Below, piece by piece: positions 54,297 to 64,000 of a stretch of DNA of 64,000 bases. Below the pieces are notes generated by a model, which was not told the DNA's origin, searched no databases, and saw only the letters and a program-made list of their open reading frames with translations. Positions within the stretch are counted from its first letter, which is position 1; the number at the start of each line of letters is the position of its first letter. The DNA is from Eledone cirrhosa. Its lineage: Eukaryota. The position numbers and the translations under genes were made by a program. The stretch lies in the NCBI GenBank assembly GCA_964016885.1, contig OZ024740.1:178870001-178934000 (forward strand), given 5' to 3'.

Positions 54297-57200
54297 CTTG
54301 AGTCTCAGTCATTGATGTTAGTTAACTGGAAAGTTTGTTGAAATGAATATCAAGCCAATACCTGCAGCCTCAGATATTCAGGACGTATCGGAGGGTTCTT
54401 GCTGTTCCCAGCAAGCATGCCTTTTGAAGCGTTCCAAAAAGCGTGAAGGGGCCGATTTTCTTTAACCATCCCTGGAAACTTTTGGAGATAGTCCCTAGTG
54501 CGCCTATGACAATCGGGATCACTTTGACTTCATGGCAGTTCCAAATCCTTTTTACCTCCTACTTTAAGTCCTGGTATCGGTTAATTTTCTCCCTCTCCTT
54601 CTCTTGCACTCTCGTGTCGAATGGGCAGGCCACATCCACAATCAGGCACGATCTTTTTTCTTTGTCCACAACCACCAGGTCAGGTCTATTGTGTTCCAGT
54701 TTCTTGTCCGTCTGTATCCTAAAATCCCACAGCACCTTCACCTGATCGTTCTCTATCACCGCCTCTGGCTTATGCGCATACCATTTCTCAGAATGTGGTA
54801 AATTGTTTACTTTGCACAGGTACCAATGGATCACCCTGCCCATCACATCATGTCTCCAGCCCTTATAGTGGGTCTGGGCCAGGTGTTTACACTCGGATAC
54901 AATGTGAGCCACAGTCTCTTCTCTCTCTCCACAGATCCTGCACAGTGGGCTAGCCTCCTCCTTGTAAATGTGGTGTTTCAATCACTTCGTTTTGAGGGCC
55001 TGCTCCTGCGCAGCCATTAACATTCCTTCTGTAGCCTTTTTAAGGTCTCCTCTTTTCAACCAGTTCCATGTCTGTGGATCTCTAAATTCAGTTTTCTCAA
55101 AGAAGGTACTATGAAGGGATTTTTCCTGAAGGCTGCTCTTTCTCCTTGATGTTATTTCATCCTTGGACATCCCCTGGCCTATTGTCCTCTCCTTCAGTAC
55201 AGCTCTGAGCATTGGCTCCTTACTATCAGTCACGTATTTGTGTAGGTTGTTTTTCTCCATCTGAACACAGTCCTCTATGCTGATAAGACCTCTTCCACGC
55301 TCAGATCTCCTTAAGTAGAGTCTATCGACAGCACTCCTCTTGTGGAACATATTGTAGATAGTCAATAGCTTCCTAGTCTTCCTATCCATTTCTCTTTGTT
55401 CAGCAACATTCCATCTCAGAATTCCCGCACTGTACCTAATAATAGACACAGCTCGGGAATTTACTGCACTTATGGCATTCCTACTGTTCAGATGTGACTT
55501 TAATACGCTCCTTACTCTCCGAAGGTATTCAGTTCTTATCAATTCCTTCATTTTTTTGTTCTTGGTGTCATCAGCCTCCAGAACCCCCAAATACTTGTAT
55601 CCTTCTTCAGAGTCAATTTCTTTTATCATCTCACCTGTTGGTATCTGGATTCCGTTACTTCTGCTCAACTTACCCCTCCTCATCACAATGACTCCACACT
55701 TACTAATACCAAATTGCATACATATATCATTGCTGAAAATACGGACAGTGTCAACAAGCACATCCAACTCCTTCTCACTCTTCCCGAAGAGCTTAAGATC
55801 GTCTATGAAGAGGAGGTGATTGATGGTAAGCCCTCCCTTTCCCAACCTGTATCCTGCTCACACTTTTCGCAGTACACTGGTCAGGGGCATCAGGGCAAGG
55901 ACAAACAACAGAGGGGACAGACTATCTCCCTGGAAGATACCTCTCTTGATCTTCAGGCTTTCCAAGGATTCTCTAGTTGATGTTAACTCTGTTTCCCAGG
56001 ACTTCATACTTTTGCCCAACAACTGCCTGATGTTATCTGCCACCTTGAAGATCTCCAGGCTTTTGGTGATCCAAGAATGAGGCACCATGTAAAATGCCTT
56101 TTTGTAGTCTATCCATCCCATGGCAAGACAAGTGTGTCTCCTCTTGCAATTCCTCATTAACATATTATCAATAAGTAACTGGTCCTTTGTACCACATGAC
56201 TTCTTTCGGCATCCTTTCTGTTCGTCCGGTAACAAGTTGTTTGTGTGGAGGTGATGGTAGATTTCCTCAGACATAATGCTTCTCAACAGTTTCCACATTA
56301 CGGACAGACATGTGATAAGTCTATAGTTGGTAACATCATTACCCTTGATTCGGTCTTTCATTATCAGAACTGTGGAACCTTTTGTCAACCACTCTGGTAC
56401 CTCACCTGACATCAAGCAGTCATTGACCATGGTTGTCAGTTTCGGGTGGAGGGATGTTATGTTTTTAATCCAATATCCCTGCACACCATCTGGGCCAGGT
56501 GATTTCCAGTTGGTTAGTTTGGGGGCCTGCCCCTTAAGAGTTTCAACTGTGATACTCAAATCAGTTTGTTGGCGTGCCTGTTCACTAATCTCCTTCTGTA
56601 CTGTCTCAATCCACACTGCCTAGTCATTATGTTTAACATCCTGCTTCCATATTCCTATCCAGAATGTTTTAGTTTGTTCCGCCTCAGGGATCAAGTCGTT
56701 GCTTCTTTCTTTCCCTTCAAGCTGTCCAAACAGCATCTTCTGGTTGTTGTCGAACATGCGGTTCTGTCTATACTGGCTGACTATGTTCTCGTATCGCCTG
56801 ACTTTTGCACTTTTTGCTACAATGCGTTGCTTCAGTTCCTCTATGATAATACTTAGCTTTTTCCTCCTAGTTTTGTACTTTATTTCCAGTCTATTTTTAG
56901 TGTCTATGTTTTTTAGTGTCCCATTCAGTAGGGACTCAAGCTTTCCAATGTCATTTCTCATTTCCCTGATTTGACCACTCAGTCGTTTCTTCCACCAAGG
57001 CTCTGCTCTTTCTTGTCTGTTGTTTGCTCTCGCTTTTATACCAAGTATTTTCCTCACCGTATTTGCTGTTGCTTTGAGGATATTGTTGCACTGGTGAAGG
57101 CTCCTCGCCTCAAGGTATGGGATGACTTTGTTTACCTTAGCTGTTGTTTCTTTTAACTTTTTCCTGTCTACAAATCTTAGGTTCATAGGTCTCCCACTAT

Positions 57201-58850
57201 CATTGTTCAATTCATCTACCACTAAGTTTAGGATATCTACCAAATCTTGTCCTAGCCCGTCAGCATTCATCTCCTCAGTGGCCGTATCTCTGTTCCAGGT
57301 ATTATTTATCTCAGCATTCAGATCATTGTCTGTTTCGGGTGGTTCCTCCATTCTCTCGACCTCTTCACCTTCATTTCCCACTGGCTCGTTTGCCTGGCAT
57401 ACTCCACCCTCCATCTCCAAGCTAATCTCTCTGCCCAGTTCCTCCAGTTCCAGCTCGCTTATCCATCCCATTAGTCCTTATTACCAGAGCCTGCCCGGCC
57501 AGTTTTTGTTCATCTAATTTAAATGGAGCAATCTCGTTCCAGATGTTATGCATCCTTTTCCTATAGCCTTTCTGCTTGGGGTTACTCTTCGGGTAACATT
57601 GCATAACAGTTCTATTCAATTCTTTCGTCCAGTTGGTTGTGGTCCCTTTCCTTCTTCTTCTTCCTCCGACACCAGCAGTATTTCGTTGGCAGCCAGGTCC
57701 CTGCTGCTGAGCCAGGGAGCACCTGTTGGGTGAGAGTCTGTCACATGACATTCTAGTCTCCATTTCACCGTTATTCGAACTGTTTAGGTTCGACATTTAA
57801 ACACTCTTATCGAGGATTGGCGAATGTATGGTTACATAACCACCGGTGAATTACTTGTCTCCGGTGGTTTCGTCACTCCACGTGAATTTTGTGTGGCATT
57901 ATCACGCTGTAGACGAACTCAAACAAACAAACAAACAAACAGGCAGAAAAAACCCAAAAAATGAATAAGCATAAATTTCATTGTAATGTAGTGTTTGAGT
58001 GTCTGACTTAGTTTTTCCCTTCCCTTCTCTGTCCGTCCGTTTGTTTTTCACTTCATTTTTATTTCCTTTACGTTTTTCGTTGTTGCTGTGCTGCTTTGAT
58101 TTTGATTTTTTTTGTTTTTTGTTTCTTTTGTGTTTTTTTTGACCGGGTCATCAATTCAGTCTATTTATATATTTTGATGTTTTCCTCTTTTAGTGGGAAT
58201 TCTACAATGTAGCAGCGGATAGCGGGAGAGAATAGCGGTGGTAGTGATACTGAGGCAGCGGCGGCGGGGGGGGGGGGGGCGGTGCTGTGCTAGCAGCAAG
58301 TAGCAGGAGGTAGTGGGTGGGAATAACGACGGTAGCGATAGTGAGGAAGCGGTGGTGGTGATGTGGTCGTATTACTTTGTTAAAACTAAAACTTGATTTT
58401 GATTATTGTTTTTTGTTTTTTTTATTATTTTGATCGGGTCATCAATTCAGTCTATTTATATATTTCGATGTTTTCCTCTTTTAGTAAGAATTCTACAATG
58501 TAGCAGGGGGTAGCGGGAGAGAATAGCGGCAGTAGTGATATTGAGGCAGCGGCGGCGGTGGCGGTGCTGTGCTGGCAGCAACTAGCAGGAGGTAGTGGGA
58601 GAGAATAGCGGCGGTAGCGATAGTGAGGCAGCGGTGGTGGTGATGTGGTCGTATTACTGTAGTGATGGTGTTGAAGTTGGAGTAGAAATTTGAGTCGACT
58701 TGACCAGAGTTTTCATCGTCGTAGTGGTGGTGGTATTGGTGGTGAAATTATCTTTAGTGAAATTATCGTTAGTCGCGTGTATGTGTTGACATTTATTGGA
58801 ATTAAACATTTTGTTAAAACTAAAACTTGAGGGAATGGTAATAGTAATTA
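54297..58850 (-). mobile_element. Near-full-length R4/Dong-like element, copy 1 (disrupted ORF 54370-57796)
   Basis: NWTKELN..VMQCY..GYRKRM (N-terminus), WKSPGPDG, IFQGDSLSP, LFIDDLKLF, CRIC..ETVAHIVSEC, HNRPDL..IVDVACP; (TAA)n at the 3' side. The 5' boundary is uncertain. Confidence 0.92.
58141..58657. repeat. ~290-bp tandem duplication in the 5' region of R4 copy 1
   Basis: gaccgggtcatcaattcagtc...gtggtcgtattact occurs at ~58141-58376 and ~58432-58657. Confidence 0.8.
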
Positions 58851-59268
58851 TTATTATTATGCTGAGGTTGGTGGTGGTGGTGGTGAAATTGCCGTTATCG
58901 GGCTGTTGTGTTTAGTGTACACAGAGGGGTGATGGGGTAGGTGGTGTATCTAGTTTCTGATGTTGGTGAAATTGCTGTTATTTGGGTGTTCTATATAGTG
59001 TAGACAGAGGGGGGTTTCCTTCCATTTATAACCATTTTCTTTTTGAATATAAAATGTATAATACAAAATTGAATATTTGAGCGATATAACAATATATTGT
59101 GGATCCGAATTTTTTGGGACTGAAGCTGGATGTTTTATGCAACATTTGTACTAAGAATTGTTATTTCACGTTTGATTTAAATATGTTAAAAAATCAAAAC
59201 TTACGAGAGCGATTTCTCGACCTTCTATCCACCATGTGTGTCTTCTTTATTATTATTATTATTATTAT

Positions 59269-59599
59269 TTGCATTTATCTTGCTTTATGTTTATACGAGT
59301 TATCACCAAGTCACAACCAGTGACCTGAAGAGACAACAAGGTCCGCCATGTTCAAGAAAGAACACACATATTCACACATGCATCCTTAGTGTTTAGACTT
59401 GTGATGTACTTATATTGACAGGATCTTCCTTAGTATATGGGCATTTCCCATTAGTACTATCTTTTGTATTTCTCCTATACGCGGGTTTCCTGGGATTTGC
59501 GATAAGTAGTCGTTAGACCCCTTAGGTATCATTCCCAGAGCGCCTACAACCAGTGGTATTGTTTTAGTTCTCAATTTCCACATTTTTCCAATTTCTATC
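59269..59599 (-). mobile_element. Short 3' fragment of a further R4/Dong-like family in (TAA)n
   Basis: KMWKLRTKTIPLVVGALG..IQKIVLMGNAHILRKILSI*; (TAA)n on both sides. Confidence 0.8.
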
Positions 59600-59652
<53 letters not shown>

Positions 59653-59693
59653 GTGCCAAAAGTAGAAACAATTATTATTATTATTATTATTAT

Positions 59694-62600
59694 TTGAGTC
59701 TCAGTCATTGATGTTAGTTAACTGGAAAGTTTGTTGAAATGAATATCAAGCCACTACCTGCAGCCTCAGATATTCAGGACGTATCGGAGGGTTCTTGCTG
59801 TTCCCAGCAAGCATGCCTTTTGAAGCGTTCCAAAAAGCGTGGCGGGGCCAATTTCCTTTAACCATCCCTGGAAACTTTTTGAGATAGTACCCAGTGCGCC
59901 TATGACAATCGGGACCACTTTGACTTCATGGCAGTTCCAAATCCTTTTTACCTCCCACTTTAAGTCCTGGTATCGGTTGATTTTCTCCCTCTCCTTCTCT
60001 TGCACTCTCGTGTCGAATGGGCAGGCCACATCCACAATCAGGCACGATCTTTTTTCTTTGTCCAAAACCACCAGGTCAGGTCTATTGCGTTCCAGTTTGT
60101 TGTCCGTCTGTATCCTAAAATCCCATAGCACCTTCACCTGATCGTTTTCTATCACCGACTCTGGCTTATGCTCATACCACTTCTCAGAATGTGGTAAATT
60201 GTTTACGTTGCATAGGTGCCAGTGGATCACCCTGCCCATCACATCATGTCTCCAGCCTTTATAGTGAGTCTGGGCCAGGTGTTTACACTCGGATACAATG
60301 TGAGCCACAGTCTCCTCTCTCTCTCTCCACAGATCCTGCACAGTGGGCTAGCCTCCTCCTTGTAAACATGGTGTTTCAACCACTTCGTTTTGAGGGCCTG
60401 CTCTTGCCTAGCCATTAACATTCCTTCTGTAGCCTTTTTAAGGTCTCCTCTTTTCAACCAATTCCATGTCTGTGGATTTGTGAATTCAGTTTTCTCAAAG
60501 AAGGTAATATGAAGGGATTTTTCATGAAGTCTGCTCTTTCTGCTTGTTGTTATTTCCTCCTTGGACATCCCCTGGTCTATTGTCCTCCCCTTCAGTACAA
60601 TTCTGAGCATTGGCTCCTTACTGTCAGTCACGTATTTGTGTAGGTTGTTTTTCTCCATCTGAACACAGTCCTCTATGCTGATAAGACCTCTTCCACGCTC
60701 AGATCTCCTTAAGTAGAGTCTATCGACATCACTCCTCTTGTGGAACATGTTGTAGATAGTCAATAGCTTCCTAGTCTTCTTTTCCATTTCTTTTTGTTCA
60801 GCAACATTCCATCTCAGAATTCCCGCACTGTACCTAATAATAGACACAGCTCGGGAATTTAATGCCCTTATGGCATTCCTACTGTTCAGATGTGACTTTA
60901 ATACGCTCCTTACTCTCCGAATGTATTCAGTTCTTATCAATTCCTTCATTTTTTTGTTCTTGATGTGATCAGCCTCCAGAACACCCAAATATATGTATCC
61001 TTCTTCAATGTCAATTTCCTTTATCATCTCACCTGTTGGTACCTGGATTCCGTTGCTTCTGCTCAATTTACCCGTCTTCATCAAAAGGACTCCACACTTA
61101 CTAATACCAAATTGCATACATATATCATTGCTGAAAATACGGACAGTGTCAACAAGCACATCCAACTCCTTCTCACTCTTCCCGAAGAGCTTAAGGTCGT
61201 CTATGAAGGGGAGATGATTGATGGTAATCCCTCCCTTTCCCAACTTGTATCCTGCTCTCACTTTTCACAGTATAATGGTCAGAGGCATCAGGGCAAGGAC
61301 AAACAACAGAGGGGACAGACTATCTCCCAGGAAGATACCTCTCTTGATCTTCACGCCTCCCAAGTATTCTCCAGCTGATGTTAACTCTGTTTTCCAGGAC
61401 TTCATACTTTTGCCCAACAACTGTCTGATGTTATCTGCCACCTTGAAGATCTCTAGGCTTTTGGTGATCCAAGAATGTGGCACCATGTCAAATGCCTTTA
61501 TGTAATCTATCCATCCCATGGCAAGACAAGTGTGTCTCCTCTTGCAATTCCTCATTACCCTCTTATCAATAAGTAACTGGTCCTTTGTACCAGGCACTTC
61601 TTTTGGCATCCTTTCTGTTCGTCCGGTAACAAGTTGTTTGTGTGGAGGTGATGGTAGATTTCCTCAGACATAATGCTTCTCAACAGTTTCCACATTACGG
61701 ACAGACATGTGATAGGTCTATAGTTGGTAACATCATTACCCTTGATTCGGTCTTTCATTATCAGAACTGTGGTACCTTTTGTCAACCACTCTGGTACCTC
61801 ACCTGACATCAAGCAGTTATTGAACATGGTTGTCAGTTTCGGGTGGAGGGATGTTATATTTTTAATCCAATACCCATGCACACCATCTGGGCCTGGTGAT
61901 TTCCAGTTGGTTAGTTTTTTGGCCTGCCCCTTAAGAGTTTCAACTGTGATACTCAAATCAGTTTGTTGGTGTGCCTGTTCACTAATCTCATTCTGTACTG
62001 TCTCAATCCACCCTGCCTGGTCATTATGTTTAACATCCTGCTCCCATATTCCTCTCCAGAATGTTTTAGTTTGTTCCGCCTCATGGATCAAGTCGTTGCC
62101 TCTTTCTTTCCCTTCAAGCTGTCCAAACAGCATCTTCTGGTTGTTGTCGAACATGCGGTTCTGTCTATACTGGCTGACTCTGTTCTCGTATCGCCTGATT
62201 TTTGCACTCTTTGCTACAATGCGTTGCTTCAGTTCCTCTATGATAATATTTAGCTTTTTCCTCCAAGTTTTGTACTTTATTTCCATTCTATTTTTAGTGT
62301 CTATGTTTTTTAGTGTCCCATTCAGTAGGGACTCAAGTTTTCCAATGTCATTTCTCATTTCCCTGATTTGACCACTCAGTCGTTTCTTCCTCCAAGGCTC
62401 TGCTCTTTCTTGTCTGTTGTTTGCTCTCGCTTTTATACCAAGTAGTTTCCTCACCGAATTTGCCGTTGCTTTGAGGATATTGTTGCACTGGTGAAGGCTC
62501 CTCGCCTCAAGGTATGGGATGACTTTGTTTACCTTAGCTTTGTTTCTTTTAACTTTTTCCTGTCTACAAATCTTAGGTTCATAGGTCTCCCACTATCATT

Positions 62601-63533
62601 GTTCAATTCTTCTACCACTAAGTTTAGGATATCAACCAAATCTTGTCCTAGCCCGTCAGCATTCATCTCCTCAGTGGCCGTATCTCTGTTCCAGGTATTA
62701 TTTATCTCAGCATTCAGATCATTGTCTGCTTCGGGTGGTTCCTCCGTTCTCTCGACCTCTTCACCTTCATTTCCCACTGGCCCGTTTGCCTGGCATACTC
62801 TACTTTCCAACTCCAAGTAATCTCTCTGCTCAGTTCCTCCAGTTCCAGCTCGCTTATCCACCCATTAGTTCTTATTACCAGAGCCTGCCCGGCCAATTTG
62901 TGTTCATCTAATTTAAATAGACCAATGTCGTTCCAGATGTTATGCATCCGTTTCCTATAGCCTTTCTCCTTGGGGTTACTCTTCAGGTAACACTGCATAA
63001 CAGTTCTATTCAATTCTTTCGTCCAGTTGGTTCTGCTCCCCTTCCTTCTTCTTCTTCCTCCGACACCAGCAGTATTTGGTTGACAGCCAGGTCCCTGCTG
63101 CTGAGCCAGGGAGCACCTGTTGGGTGAGAGTCTGTCGCATGACATTCTAGTCTCCATTTCACCGTTATTCGAACTGTTTAGGTTCGACATTTAAACACTC
63201 TTATCGAGGATTGGCGAATGTATGGTTACATAACAACCGGTGATTTCGTCACTCCCCGTGATTTTTGTGTGGCATTATCACGCTGTAGACGAACATAAAT
63301 AAACAAACAAACAAACAGGCAAAGAAAACCCCAAAAATGAATAAGCATAAGTTTCATTGTAATGTAATGTTTGAATGTCTGACTTTTCCCTTCCCTTCTC
63401 TGTCCGTCTGTTTGTTTACTTCATTGTTCTTTTATTTACGTTTTTCGTTGTTGCTGTGCTGCTTTGAGTTTGATTATTATTTTTTTGATTTTGACCGGGT
63501 CATCAATTCAGTCTATTTATATATTTTGATGCC
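59694..63533 (-). mobile_element. Near-full-length R4/Dong-like element, copy 2 (disrupted ORF 59766-63190)
   Basis: Closely similar to copy 1; (TAA)n on both sides. Confidence 0.93.
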
Positions 63534-63610
63534 TTATTATTATTATTATTTGATTCCCTTATTATTATTATTATTATTATTATTATTGTTATTATTATTG
63601 TTATTACTCT

Positions 63611-64000
63611 TTGAGTCTCAGTCATTGGTGTTAGTTAACTGGAAAGTTTGTTGAAATGAATATCAAGCCACTACCTGCAGCCTCAGATATTCAGGACGTA
63701 TCGGAGGATTCTTGCTGGTCCCAGCAAGCATGCCTTTTGAAGCGTTCCAAAAATCGTGAAGGGGCTAATTTTCTTTAACCATCCCTGGAAACTTTTGGAG
63801 ATAGTCCCTAGTGCGCCTATGACAATCGGGACCACTTTGACTTCATGGCAGTTCCAAATCCTTTTTACCTCGCACTTTAAGTCCTGGTATCGGTTAATTT
63901 TCTCCCTCTCCATCTCTTGCACTCTCGTGTCGAATGGGCAGGCCATATCCACAATCAGGCACGATCTTTTTTCTTTGTTCAAAACCACCAGGTCAGGTCT
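63611..64000 (-). mobile_element. R4/Dong-like element, copy 3 (3' end; runs off the window)
   Basis: Same RLE C-terminus (..RYVLNI*) and 3' UTR ttgagtctcagtcatt, next to (TAA)n. Confidence 0.92.

Noticed and set aside
57826-57913. Hammerhead in the R4 5' UTR (minus: gtgataa...gaaaccaccgg...ccggtggtta)
   Set aside because: The core deviates from CUGANGA, stem I is poor, and the putative stem III is partly deleted in copy 2.

Overview
This is AT-rich eukaryotic DNA with no recognisable intact host gene. The SINE families resemble those I recall from octopod cephalopods (inference, not a database hit). The window is dense with microsatellites and nested retroelements. It holds a near-full-length L1/Tx1 element (14055-19791, 18-bp TSD) inserted into the terminal inverted repeat of a ~1-kb foldback element. 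It also holds a near-complete Penelope-like element (PLE, 39089-43783) and several PLE GIY-YIG fragments, R4/Dong-like RLE retrotransposons in (TAA)n and (TACA)n tracts (a tandem cluster at 51.5-64 kb), an RTE 3' fragment with three C2H2 fingers, bipartite non-autonomous RTE derivatives and tRNA-derived SINEs. The most striking signal is about nine sequence-unrelated families of small 'foldback + tail' elements, each inside a (TA)n tract. Many carry minimal hammerhead ribozymes, some in both orientations. Four of these families and the near-complete PLE share a GAGTRCT motif just beyond the foldback end. One family is physically linked to a PLE GIY-YIG ORF. A decayed USP (peptidase C19)-like coding remnant lies in a possibly Helentron-like context at ~10.5-13 kb. 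Most listed ORFs are microsatellite or antisense artefacts. Coordinates were read by eye and may be off by a few bases.
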